From Vampirovibrio sp. (GTDB lineage Bacteria > Cyanobacteriota > Vampirovibrionia > Vampirovibrionales > Vampirovibrionaceae): DNA of 64,000 bases. The notes under the pieces were generated by a model. The model saw only the letters and a list, made by a program, of their open reading frames with translations, did not search any database and had not been told where the DNA came from. This document shows, piece after piece, positions 21,828 to 31,826 of the stretch. Location of the stretch: NCBI RefSeq assembly GCF_041737375.1, contig NZ_JBGSRV010000003.1:76522-140521 (forward strand). The letters run 5' to 3'. The position numbers and the translations under genes were made by a program. How positions within the stretch are numbered: position 1 is the stretch's first letter; the number at the start of each line of letters is the position of its first letter.

Positions 21828-23837
21828 TTAAAAGCGAAATGGGCCTTCTCGTAGGGCTTCCGCATACGGGGCGGTCAAACGGGCGCCATCAAACAGCACC
21901 ACCCCACCCATGCCTGCCTGCTGAACCGTCTCGATTTCTCGTACCAAATTCAGCGGGCCAGTGCGGTTGTACAGGGAAAAAATACCCACATACACCGGTA
22001 TTTGATCGTTGACTTGCGCCCGCAGCTGGGCGCATTGGCCGCTCATGCGGGTTAAATCGGTGGAAAGGCCAATGGGGGTTAGGGCCTGAATATCCCCTTC
22101 TTTGGCCCACTTGGGATAATCCTGCAATTTTTGAGCGTAGGTGGGGTCATGACTGGGAAACACCACGGCTGACACTAGCAAGTGGGGCCTCACAGCCCGA
22201 GCTTTGGCTGAAATGGATTTCACAAAGCTGGACACCTGAGCCTTACGCCAGCTCACCCACCGATCCCAAAGCGGGCTGGTGGGGGTTAAATCTTTCGGAT
22301 CGGCCGAAGGCGAACTCAACGAAAGCGAAGCCGGACTCCAGCCAGTTTTGGGCAGGGGCTTTCCGGCTTTTTTCAGGGCCTCCAGCTTCAAGCGCTCCGC
22401 CTCGGCACGTTCGGCCTCAATCATGGCCTTGAACTGCTGACGGGCTGATTCGCTATAGCCCCAAGTGCTGCCCAGATAATAGGGCTTATTGACGGCGGCG
22501 CTGGCCGGATAGCGGATATAGTCCAGATTAAGCCCATCAATTGCATAACCGGACACCATTTCCATCAGCAACTGATCCAGAAAAACCCGCACTTCCGGGT
22601 GGGCCGGATCCAGAAAATAATGGCCCGGCTCCACATCCGAAATCACCGGATTGGGCTTGTCCCAGTGGGGCCGCTGCACGTTGCGCCATTGGGGGTATTG
22701 GTTCAGAATCGGGCCGTACTGCTCCCTGTTTTCTTGTTGATTACCGGCAAAAAACACCTGAACCCAAACGTGTACTTTCAGCCCTTGCTGATGGGCCTCT
22801 TCAATCCAGACCTTCAGCGGATCTCCGTTGCCATAGCGGGGATGCTGCTGCGGTAAGCCATAAGCGGCCATCACCTTGCTGGGATAAATGGTTTTTCCCT
22901 GATAATAGGTTTCCAGAAAAATATGGTCGATATGCGCCTTTTTCAACTCAGTTACTTTTTCCCGAATGGATTCAGGCTGGCTGTTTTCGGGGCGAATCCA
23001 GGTGCCTTTCAAGCCCTGCGCCATGGCCGGAATGGTGTTGTAAAAGGCTAAATCGGCCTGATGCACACATTGTTCTGATAGCTTGGCCATGGCCTCATTG
23101 GCCCCCGCTTGGGCCTGATTGGCCAATACGGCACGGCAAGTCTGAGCGTCTGCCAAATGGCTCTGGTAGATGGGGGAGGCCGCACTTCTGGCAGTGGCTC
23201 GGGCCAAAGCCTCATCCACATCATGCAAATAGGTGCCGTGGGTGAATTGAATGGTTAATTTCTGAGTATCCAGGTTCCAGCCCGCCACAGACCCCATACG
23301 CCCAAAGCGATTGAGCCATTGTCCGGCAGTGCCATGCCCACTGATTACAAAGCCATTGGCTGGAATCAGACTGTTTCCGGCCTGAATATCAGTAATCACC
23401 CCGTCGGTTACCACGGCCTCAAACCCGGCCTGATTGGTGCCGGTACGGGGGCCATAAGCGGGGGTGTAAATCATCAACTGGTTTACCCCCCGAAAGCCGG
23501 GAAGGCCCTTGGCCGCCGGGAGTTTAAATTCATCGGGATCAATCGCTGTGAGCGGGAACTGATAGGTTTTAGTGGCTTGCGGACGGGCCGGATTTAAAAT
23601 ACTGGGTAACCCGCCTTGCTGGGCCTTGGCTGGCTCCGGCTTTAACCCGCCCAAAACCGGAACAGCGCTGAGCAAACACAAGGCAGTGAAGGCCCAAAAA
23701 CGCGTTTTTTTTGGATCAAAGCGGGAAATAGGCAAGAACGAAACTCCTGTCAGCAACAAACCCTTATTGTACCTGATTTTTAAAGGCATCAAGCAGGCCA
23801 CTGGTAAGCCCGAAAGTCGGTTGTTTTTTATCATCAT
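21828..23837 (-). CDS. Glycoside hydrolase-like family 10 (GHL10/YddW-type) protein, probably secreted or lipoprotein
   Basis: Hydrophobic N-terminal signal-like segment. TIM-barrel GHL10 motifs (DHIFLETYYQGKTIYPS, DGLNLDYIRYP) in the C-terminal half. Confidence 0.65.
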   Translation of the reverse strand: MMIKNNRLSGLPVACLMPLKIRYNKGLLLTGVSFLPISRFDPKKTRFWAFTALCLLSAVPVLGGLKPEPAKAQQGGLPSILNPARPQATKTYQFPLTAIDPDEFKLPAAKGLPGFRGVNQLMIYTPAYGPRTGTNQAGFEAVVTDGVITDIQAGNSLIPANGFVISGHGTAGQWLNRFGRMGSVAGWNLDTQKLTIQFTHGTYLHDVDEALARATARSAASPIYQSHLADAQTCRAVLANQAQAGANEAMAKLSEQCVHQADLAFYNTIPAMAQGLKGTWIRPENSQPESIREKVTELKKAHIDHIFLETYYQGKTIYPSKVMAAYGLPQQHPRYGNGDPLKVWIEEAHQQGLKVHVWVQVFFAGNQQENREQYGPILNQYPQWRNVQRPHWDKPNPVISDVEPGHYFLDPAHPEVRVFLDQLLMEMVSGYAIDGLNLDYIRYPASAAVNKPYYLGSTWGYSESARQQFKAMIEAERAEAERLKLEALKKAGKPLPKTGWSPASLSLSSPSADPKDLTPTSPLWDRWVSWRKAQVSSFVKSISAKARAVRPHLLVSAVVFPSHDPTYAQKLQDYPKWAKEGDIQALTPIGLSTDLTRMSGQCAQLRAQVNDQIPVYVGIFSLYNRTGPLNLVREIETVQQAGMGGVVLFDGARLTAPYAEALREGPFRF

Positions 23838-23868
23838 TTTGTTGCGGAAGCCGCTACGTTAGCAACGA

Positions 23869-24975
23869 ATGCGCTTGAGGGGATTTAAAAGGATTAACAC
23901 GGCCAAACCAAACGCCTCCCCTAAACTTGTAAGAAGGATTGGACGATTCACCTTGACCCCCTCAAGCTTACTGAACCCGCCCCAAACCGACCTGAAAGCA
24001 ACCGATCTCCCCACAAGACCGGAAAGCACTTTGGCGAGACATCCTTTTGAAAGTGCCCCTTTTCTGGAAAGCTGGTGGGAGCATTTGGCCCCCAAGTTTT
24101 GTGGCGGCGAAGGTGAGGGCCAACTGTTTAAAACCACCAAACCCGTGCTAAAAGGTCTGGTTCCGCTTCAGTTTTTACGACAAGCCGGATGGAACGGGGT
24201 GTATTACCAAAGTCTGAATCAGGCCGATTGGGAAAGCTTTCGCACCCTAAGCGACCGCACCCGCTGGGACTGCTTTGAAGTGCGCTGGAACCAGACCGTC
24301 ACCGATTCGCAGGTGTTTAACCCCTACCTGCGTTTGGGGTGTAAAGTGCTGCACACCCCGGTATCCGGCAGCCCGGTTATTGAGCTGCAAAATGGATGGG
24401 AAGCCTACTGGCAAGCCAAGGGTAGTCATCACCGGCAAAATATAAACCGGCAATTCAAAAAAGCCGCCCATCTACAACCGGAACTCATCTTTTTTGAAGG
24501 AGAGCAAGGGCTGGCTGAATTTTTCGCGCGTTTTTTCCCGGCCCATCAAGCCTATTGGCAGTCCAAGGGGGAAGGATCTTATTTTGAGGATCCCCGAGAA
24601 CGGGCTTTTATCATTAGTTGGGCCAGCAAACTACAACAATCAGGACAACTTTGCCTGAGCGGCCTTTTGCTGGGCGGACAAATCACCAACCTGAGCTTCA
24701 ATGTCATCCACCGCAATGTGCTTTATGCCTTGCTCACAATCAATACCGGGGTTCATCATCAAGCAGTCCCCGGCATCATGGCCCTGCATCAACTGACTCA
24801 ACATGCTTGCGCTCAAGGCATGGAAACCATCGATCTGGGGCCGGGAGAATCCACTTTCAAGAAAAAATTCGCCACCCGTGTGGATCCCTGTTTTCAAACC
24901 CTGATTATTAACCCAAAATCAGTAGCGGGGCAACTGTACGGGGCGTTTAAATCCGGCAAATCGGTTTCTGTTTAA
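23869..24975 (+). CDS. GNAT-fold acetyltransferase (Acetyltransf_6 / CelD / FemAB-like)
   Basis: C-terminal half resembles BioF2/CelD-type GNAT domains (ALLTINTG..., IDLGPGESTFKKKF). The start is uncertain. Confidence 0.5.
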   Translation: MRLRGFKRINTAKPNASPKLVRRIGRFTLTPSSLLNPPQTDLKATDLPTRPESTLARHPFESAPFLESWWEHLAPKFCGGEGEGQLFKTTKPVLKGLVPLQFLRQAGWNGVYYQSLNQADWESFRTLSDRTRWDCFEVRWNQTVTDSQVFNPYLRLGCKVLHTPVSGSPVIELQNGWEAYWQAKGSHHRQNINRQFKKAAHLQPELIFFEGEQGLAEFFARFFPAHQAYWQSKGEGSYFEDPRERAFIISWASKLQQSGQLCLSGLLLGGQITNLSFNVIHRNVLYALLTINTGVHHQAVPGIMALHQLTQHACAQGMETIDLGPGESTFKKKFATRVDPCFQTLIINPKSVAGQLYGAFKSGKSVSV

Positions 24976-25261
24976 AAGGGGATCTAAAAAACACTCGGAA
25001 CCACCGGGCGGCGGCCCCGCAGTTCATTGCTCCCCGGCAGGCCCCCCCCAATCGATATTTTTTTGCAACCAATGTAATAAGCCCGCCCCCTCCAAGGGAT
25101 GGTTTTATCCTTGGTATTTAAACCCTATCGAGTCATATCAATCCCTGATTAAAACTTTTATAATGAATCCTGTGAATGGCCACCAACGTGGACTTCACAG
25201 GCCCCTCCATGGATTCATCCTGGAGGGGTACTTTTTTGCTTGGTTCTATTTAGCAGGGCGC

Positions 25262-25549
25262 TTAAGCGGGATGGTGCGCCCACTGGGTAGGGGAAAGCGT
25301 TTTAAGTTGCAAGGCATGCAAATGACGCTCACGGGCCTCTTTCAACACCTCATGCACCAGCCGGTGCTGATCCAGAATGCCCACCCCTTCAAATTTGGGA
25401 GAAACCACGGTCATGCTGAGGTGAGTGGCTTCCAGACCCGGCGTGGCTTCCAGATGCCCAGCGTGTTTCCAGCTATCATCAATGATTTCCACATGAGTGG
25501 CTTCCAGTGCCTGGGTTAATTGGGCTTTCAGTTGTTCAATAGTAGACAT
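25262..25549 (-). CDS. bolA: BolA-family protein
   Basis: 95-aa protein with BolA-like motifs (KHAGH...TH, SxTVVSxxFEG, HRLVHEVL). Confidence 0.8.
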   Translation of the reverse strand: MSTIEQLKAQLTQALEATHVEIIDDSWKHAGHLEATPGLEATHLSMTVVSPKFEGVGILDQHRLVHEVLKEARERHLHALQLKTLSPTQWAHHPA

Positions 25550-25576
25550 GCGTTTCTCCTTACAAAGTGGTTCGGG

Positions 25577-28240
25577 CTACAACAGGCTCTGGGCGTCAAT
25601 GTCCAGAATAAAATTCAAGTCCTCCGGCAAGCGGGCTTCCATGGCCTTGCGGTAAAAGTCAATAATCAGGCGATGTCCGGCAGGGCCAGCCCCATTTTTA
25701 ACCAGCAAATGCAAACGAAATTTATTTTGAATGCGAGGCAGCACACAAGGCGCTGGCCCCATCAGGATCATGCGTGAATCCACATCGGCTGAGGATTTCA
25801 TGAGTTCCCGCAAGTGCAAAGTAGCAGCCTGAATGAATTGCTGGGCCTTTTTCTCGTTCTCGCAACTCACAATAAACCGAAAAATTTGAGAATACGGCGG
25901 AAAGTTGCATTGCTCTCGCTGCACAATTTCTTCGTTGTAAAAGCTGGGGTAGTCCTGATTTTTGGAATGGGTTAACACCATATGTTGAGTTTGCACCGAT
26001 TGAATAATCACCCGTCCCGGCTTTTGGCCCCGACCGGCCCGACCGGCCACCTGGGTTAACAACTGAAAGCCCCGCTCGGATGATTTGTAATCCGGCAGGC
26101 AAAAGGCGGAATCGGCACTGACTACCCCCACCAGCGTTACATTGGCCACATCCAGCCCCTTGGCCACAATTTGGGTACCAATTAAAATATCGGCTTCTCC
26201 GGCGGCAAAGGTTTCAAAAATTTCCACATAGGCGTTCTTACGCTGCAACACGTCACTGTCAATTCGCAACACACGGGCCTCGGGAAATTTTTTAATGACC
26301 TCATCCTCAATACGCTGAGTACCCACCCCACTGTGGCTCAGCTCCATGCTGGCGCACACCGGACAATAGGCCGGACGCTCGCTTTCGTATCCGCAATAAT
26401 GGCAACACACCTGATTGCGGGTGCGATGAAAAGTAACCGCCACATCGCAATTGGGACACTGAAACACATGATCGCAAACCGTGCATTGAATGGTGGTATA
26501 AAACCCCCGCCGGTTCAGCAGAATAATAGACTGCTCGCCCGCTTGCAGATTGAGGTTGAGTTCCTCAATCAAGGAGCGGGACAACTGGCCCTGATGGCCC
26601 TGGGCACGCTCCTGCTTCATATCCACAATGCGAACTTCGGCCAGTTGGCTATTGCCAAAACGCTCTGGCAGGTGCAAAATACGCTGATTTTGATGGGCCT
26701 GATAAAAGGTGCTGATTTCAGGAGTAGCGCTGCCCAGCACCACTTTGGCCCCGGTACGCCGAGCCAGCTCCAAAGCCAAAGTTTTGGCGTTGTAGCGAGG
26801 GGCGGGGGAATCCTGCTTGTAGCTGTTCTCATGCTCCTCATCAATTAAAATTAAAGCCAAATCCTTTAAGGGCGCCCAAATAGCGGAGCGGGCCCCGATC
26901 AAAATTTTCAACTCCCCGTTGCACAGTTTTTGCCAGGTGTCGGCCTTTTCCCCATCCGATAAATTACTGTGCCACAAGGCAATGTTTTCTGAGCCAAAGT
27001 GGTTAATAAAGCGGCGGGCAATCTGAGAGGTCAACGCGATTTCCGGCACCATGATCAGCACCGCCTTGCCCCGCTCCAGGGCGTGCCGGGTCATGCTCAT
27101 GTACACTTCCGTTTTACCGGAGCCGGTAATGCCGTACAGCAGGTAGGGGTGTTCGCTATCGCCATTGACCACCGTATCCATGGCCCGCTGCTGGTATTGA
27201 GAGAGGGTAAACTGGGTGCGGGCCACCAGTTTTTGAAACAGGGCCAAGGGGTCCCGATGCTCCGCCACCTCGGTAATGCTGAGCAGGCCAGCGGCCTCCA
27301 GCTTTTTAAGGGTAGGCGGGGTGGTGCCTAACACGTCCACCAGCTCCCGCAAGGGCAAGCCTTCTGGCAGCGATTTTAAGTGGTTGATAATGTCCTGCTG
27401 GCGGGTGGACAGCACCGCATTGTTCAGGGCCTCCACATTCAGCGTTACCCGTTTGTAGGTTTTGGCCCGTGTTTTGGCGCTTAGCTCGGTTTCCACCACC
27501 ACAATGTCCAGCTTGCGTAAGCGGGCCAGCAACTGGTTCATGGTTTTCTGGGGCATTCTTAAATGAGAGGCCAGATACTTGGGCGAGTATCCCTTGGGGT
27601 TTTTGCCCTCGCACAACTCCTGATAGGAAGCGGCGTTTTTATACAAAAAATCAATCAGTTGCAAGGCTTTGCGGGCATGGGCATCCTGAATGCGGGCAAG
27701 GATGGAAGGCTCCGTAAAGTTGGGCCCCTGAAACACCAGTTTTTTAGGCTTTTGCACCAGATTGGCAGGCAAGGCACAGGCCAGCACCTGGGCAATGGGG
27801 GTGGCATAATAATCGGCCACCCAACCCATAAAATCGTAGTACGGGGCATCAAACAGAGGTGTTTCATCCAGAATATCAGACAGCTCCTTGAGCTTGTAAG
27901 TGCCTTGGTAGGTGTCGCTGAGGGCCACGATAAACCCGGTTAAATCCTGCTGCGCCCCAAAAGAAACCAGCACGGGTTGTCCTACCTGCGCCACTTCCCG
28001 AAATTCTTCCGGCACCTGATAGGTAAACACCTGACTTTGCAGGCTTTTGGTGGTCATGTTCACCAAAACCTCAGCATAACGAGGCAAGGGGCTTGAGCCC
28101 GCTTGTGGTGTGGATTGCGGTTGCAGGACAGTATCCCAGAGCGACAGATTCATCACTCTATTATCCGCAACGCAGGCCCCTTTTGTCATTTTTTGCAGCC
28201 AGCCTTTAGGATTCTTTGGATTACGCCTTACTGTGAACAA
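25577..28240 (-). CDS. priA: Primosomal protein N' (replication-restart helicase PriA) with an inserted winged-helix-like segment
   Basis: Walker A (GITGSGKTEVY), DEEH box, and the 4-Cys Zn module (CTVCDHVFQCPNCD...CCHYCGY...CPVC). The first codon of the track ORF is TTG. The true start is probably an internal ATG near 28150-28190. Confidence 0.9.
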   Translation of the reverse strand: MFTVRRNPKNPKGWLQKMTKGACVADNRVMNLSLWDTVLQPQSTPQAGSSPLPRYAEVLVNMTTKSLQSQVFTYQVPEEFREVAQVGQPVLVSFGAQQDLTGFIVALSDTYQGTYKLKELSDILDETPLFDAPYYDFMGWVADYYATPIAQVLACALPANLVQKPKKLVFQGPNFTEPSILARIQDAHARKALQLIDFLYKNAASYQELCEGKNPKGYSPKYLASHLRMPQKTMNQLLARLRKLDIVVVETELSAKTRAKTYKRVTLNVEALNNAVLSTRQQDIINHLKSLPEGLPLRELVDVLGTTPPTLKKLEAAGLLSITEVAEHRDPLALFQKLVARTQFTLSQYQQRAMDTVVNGDSEHPYLLYGITGSGKTEVYMSMTRHALERGKAVLIMVPEIALTSQIARRFINHFGSENIALWHSNLSDGEKADTWQKLCNGELKILIGARSAIWAPLKDLALILIDEEHENSYKQDSPAPRYNAKTLALELARRTGAKVVLGSATPEISTFYQAHQNQRILHLPERFGNSQLAEVRIVDMKQERAQGHQGQLSRSLIEELNLNLQAGEQSIILLNRRGFYTTIQCTVCDHVFQCPNCDVAVTFHRTRNQVCCHYCGYESERPAYCPVCASMELSHSGVGTQRIEDEVIKKFPEARVLRIDSDVLQRKNAYVEIFETFAAGEADILIGTQIVAKGLDVANVTLVGVVSADSAFCLPDYKSSERGFQLLTQVAGRAGRGQKPGRVIIQSVQTQHMVLTHSKNQDYPSFYNEEIVQREQCNFPPYSQIFRFIVSCENEKKAQQFIQAATLHLRELMKSSADVDSRMILMGPAPCVLPRIQNKFRLHLLVKNGAGPAGHRLIIDFYRKAMEARLPEDLNFILDIDAQSLL

Positions 28241-28393
28241 AACTCCGCCTTGCCTGAGGGCTTGTAAAAATGGAGCGGTTGATATAGTTTTTACGTTTGG
28301 AATTAGTGGGTTTTTTTATCAAGATTATTTTTTAATCAACCTCAGTGAACGCCCTGTAGGGCCAATCATCATGAGAAGGGTAGTGCTGTTGCT

Positions 28394-30244
28394 ATGAAAC
28401 TCATTTCCAGTCCTTTCCGGGACGCAGGCGCCCAAAAACGATCCATATCCACCCGGCCGGAACCCAACATCCGGCCTCGCGTTTTGCCCGCCTCAGCCGA
28501 TGGTTTTGAACGGCACAGCCCCTTGTTTGGCATGACCCCGCATAAACGCAAATTTTCTGAAGTGGCAACCGTTGAGGACCAGGTGGTACCGGAAATAATA
28601 TTCACACCCACCCCCGTCCCCGCCCCAACCAACCGCAGCCGATTTGAGGATGTGGCCGTTTCTAATCAGGAATTCAGGGCATGGCAAGTAATCGCCGACA
28701 ATAGCAACGCCTTACACGAGGCGCTGAGCCGAGGCAATCCCAAGCAAGCGGACCCGCAACTGTTTAACTATCTGGCCTATCGCATGCTGGTGGCCGGGGC
28801 TAGTCCTCATCAGCCCAATGCTCAAGGATTAACCCCCATGGCCCATGCGGCGGCCCACGGCAATGGGGTGGGCATGAGCCTGCTTGAAGATCAAAAAGCC
28901 TCAATTACCCCTCAAGAAGCAAGCGAGGGATTGATTCATGCCTCTATTAGCGGGTATCCGGGCGTGATTCAAAAATTATTGAAAAAAATACCCCTCGGCC
29001 AACTGCCTCATAACGCCATTACCTTAAAAAACCCCTTGCATCTGGCCGCTCAAAACGGTCGGGCGGAAGTGGTGGAAACCCTGCTGACCCGGCCCGATCT
29101 GGATGTAGGCGCCACCGACTGGCGTCGTAAAAACGCCTTGAACCTTGCCGCAGGCACTGGCAACGCCAAAACCGTCTCTGTGCTGCTTAATCAGCCCAAC
29201 AGCAATGTCGCTCAACTGGATTATCTGGGGTGTAACCACTTGCACGAATCCGCCGCTCACGGAAACGCCGATAGTGCCAAAGCGCTGCTCAAAGGCTCTT
29301 TGCTAAACCCCAACCAGAGAAACTGGCTGGGCAAAACCCCCTTAATGATTGCCGCTCAAAAGGGGCATCTGGATTTTGTGCACACCTTCCTGAATCAGCC
29401 CGAGGTGGAGGTCAACCATCGGGACATCGCAGGAAACAGCGCTTTAATTCTGGCCTTAACAAACAGTCACCCCAAAGTGGCGGAAGCCCTGATCCAACAT
29501 CCCGGCACCCAGATCAATCTGGCGGGTAGCAGCTCAGAAAGCCCCTTATATAAAGCGGTGATTAACAACGATGAAGCCAGCGTCCGGTTGCTCAGCAAGC
29601 AACCCGGCATCCATATCAATCAGCCCAACTGGCTGGGCGTTAGCCCTTTAATGGCCGCCATTAGTAAAGGGCAAAAACCAATGGTGGATATTTTATTAAA
29701 GCATCCCCAAATTTTTATTCATCAACAAGATGAAGATGGGGACACCGCCTTAAGTTATGCCGCCGTTCACAACGACATGCACGCCCTGAAACAACTATTG
29801 GCCATGCCCAAAATTCAGATCAACCAGTATAACTTTCATGGGCAAACCCCATTAATGCTGGCCATCATGTATAACAAGACCGAAGTGGCTCAAGCCTTGC
29901 TGGCCCAGGAAAACATCAACATCAATCACCAGGACGTTAGTGGAAACACGGCCCTGCACATGGCGGTGGAGGAAAACAACCGGGACGTGGTGAAATTATT
30001 ACTGACCCACCCGGACATTGACGTGAATTTGAGCAATGTTTTTCAATCCACCCCCTTATCGCTAGCGGTGATTATGCGGCATGCCGCCGTGGTTAAACTG
30101 TTGCTGGAGAAGCCCCAAACCAATATCCATCAAGCCGATATGTGGGGAAAACCCCCAATTGAATACGCCCAACTGCGAAAAATGACCCATATTATCAGCC
30201 TGTTAAAAGCCCGAATGGCAGAAGACGCCAAAAACCAGCACTAA
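28394..30244 (+). CDS. Ankyrin-repeat protein (at least 12 ANK repeats)
   Basis: Reiterated 33-aa ANK consensus (G.TPLH.AA..G...VV..LL..P...VN..D). 616 aa with no other recognisable domain. Confidence 0.85.
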   Translation: MKLISSPFRDAGAQKRSISTRPEPNIRPRVLPASADGFERHSPLFGMTPHKRKFSEVATVEDQVVPEIIFTPTPVPAPTNRSRFEDVAVSNQEFRAWQVIADNSNALHEALSRGNPKQADPQLFNYLAYRMLVAGASPHQPNAQGLTPMAHAAAHGNGVGMSLLEDQKASITPQEASEGLIHASISGYPGVIQKLLKKIPLGQLPHNAITLKNPLHLAAQNGRAEVVETLLTRPDLDVGATDWRRKNALNLAAGTGNAKTVSVLLNQPNSNVAQLDYLGCNHLHESAAHGNADSAKALLKGSLLNPNQRNWLGKTPLMIAAQKGHLDFVHTFLNQPEVEVNHRDIAGNSALILALTNSHPKVAEALIQHPGTQINLAGSSSESPLYKAVINNDEASVRLLSKQPGIHINQPNWLGVSPLMAAISKGQKPMVDILLKHPQIFIHQQDEDGDTALSYAAVHNDMHALKQLLAMPKIQINQYNFHGQTPLMLAIMYNKTEVAQALLAQENININHQDVSGNTALHMAVEENNRDVVKLLLTHPDIDVNLSNVFQSTPLSLAVIMRHAAVVKLLLEKPQTNIHQADMWGKPPIEYAQLRKMTHIISLLKARMAEDAKNQH

Positions 30245-30279
30245 GCAACGGCCCATCATCAACGCCTTTAAAGGCGTTT

Positions 30280-31767
30280 CTATACAGAGGCCGGGCGCGT
30301 TTTTTTCCAGACCCAATAAACGGGTAGGCCCAGAGCAGTTAGTAAAATTCCGGCCACGCTGGTAAAAAACTTGGTGTGCGGTAAATCCGACTGAAAACGG
30401 GACACAAAATCCGGGGTGAAAAAATCGCCGAACAATAGGAAAAAAGCAATGAAGGAGGCCCCTGCGATATAGGTCACCGGCACCGCGTAATCCCGCTTGC
30501 GGGTCATTTGAACCGCCACCGGTATTTTACGGCCCAATCGAATCAGGCCCAACATGGTCAGGATGTAAAACAGGAGGGTGGAAAACACAATGTAATCCAG
30601 CAATTGCCCGTAAGTGCCCGATAAAGCCAAACCCGAGGCCCACACAAACTGCACCCACAAGCAAAAATTGGGGGAATGGGTTTTGGGATGCACCTCGCCG
30701 AATTTTTTAAACAGCAGCCCGTCTTTGGCCATGGCGTAAAACACACGGGCGCCAGCCAGCAACATACCATTCAGGCACCCAAAGGTGGAAATCAGGATGA
30801 TGCCCGCCATAATCAGCACCCCGGCGCCGGGGAAAATCATATCCATGGCCACGGTGGCCACCCGATCTTCGGGGGCGTTTTGAATTTGGGGCAGGCTCAG
30901 TAAATTCAGGTAAGCCAGATTGGCCAGCAAATAAAGCACAGTCACCGTGATGGTGCCAATTAACAGCGCCTTGGGCAGGTTTTTAGCGGGATTTTTGACC
31001 TCTCCCCCAATAAAGGTCACGTAATTCCAGGCATCGGAAGAGAACAAGGCCCCCACCGAGGCGAATGCGAACAGGGTTAACCAGTCTCCTTGGGCCGCTT
31101 GCGCCGCAGGCAGAGTGAAAGACCAGTCCACAGAACCCAACCGGTTGCCAAAGGCCAACCCGACCCCAATTAATAAGGCCAGGGCCAATACCTTCAGGCT
31201 GGTAAACACGTTTTGCAACCGGGCCCCGTTTTGAATGCCGGTTGAATTATAAAGCGTCAACACCAGCAACACCGCTACCGCCAGCAGGCTTTGCAAACTC
31301 ATGGGCCAGCCGGAAATTAAAGGCGCTGAGGAAATGGCCGGCACCAAAACCCCCAGATACTTTGCAAAGGCCACTGCCACCGCCGCCAAAAAGCCGGTTT
31401 GAATAACGGTCAGCAAATTCCAGCCGTACAAAAAGGCGGGCAACTCGCCCCAGGCTTCTCTTAAAAAAACGTATTGTCCGCCCGCTTTGGGCATATAGGC
31501 GGCCAGCTTGCCGTAAGAAACCGCCCCCAGCAAGGTCAGCAAGCCCGCAAAAACCCAAATGGCCATCAGCCAGCCGCCGGTTCCTACCGTGCGGGCGATA
31601 TCGCTGGACACAATAAAAATGCCGGAACCCACCATCGACCCTGCCACAATGCAGGCGGCTGAAAACCAGCCCAGCCGGGGCAACAGTTCTCCCTGCCCGG
31701 CAGCGCCTTGCGGGGTCAAATTCGGCCCATGTTCAGAAGAACTATCTGATTCCCGCGCCATCGCCAT
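30280..31767 (-). CDS. APC-superfamily amino acid/polyamine permease
   Basis: About 12 TM segments with an N-terminal 'GSGIFIVSSDIA' APC signature. Confidence 0.8.
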   Translation of the reverse strand: MAMARESDSSSEHGPNLTPQGAAGQGELLPRLGWFSAACIVAGSMVGSGIFIVSSDIARTVGTGGWLMAIWVFAGLLTLLGAVSYGKLAAYMPKAGGQYVFLREAWGELPAFLYGWNLLTVIQTGFLAAVAVAFAKYLGVLVPAISSAPLISGWPMSLQSLLAVAVLLVLTLYNSTGIQNGARLQNVFTSLKVLALALLIGVGLAFGNRLGSVDWSFTLPAAQAAQGDWLTLFAFASVGALFSSDAWNYVTFIGGEVKNPAKNLPKALLIGTITVTVLYLLANLAYLNLLSLPQIQNAPEDRVATVAMDMIFPGAGVLIMAGIILISTFGCLNGMLLAGARVFYAMAKDGLLFKKFGEVHPKTHSPNFCLWVQFVWASGLALSGTYGQLLDYIVFSTLLFYILTMLGLIRLGRKIPVAVQMTRKRDYAVPVTYIAGASFIAFFLLFGDFFTPDFVSRFQSDLPHTKFFTSVAGILLTALGLPVYWVWKKTRPASV

Positions 31768-31826
31768 GCAGCATTGTCTCCCGGCCTGATTGAAAGGCCA
31801 CTTGAATGGTAAGCGGCTATCTTAAA

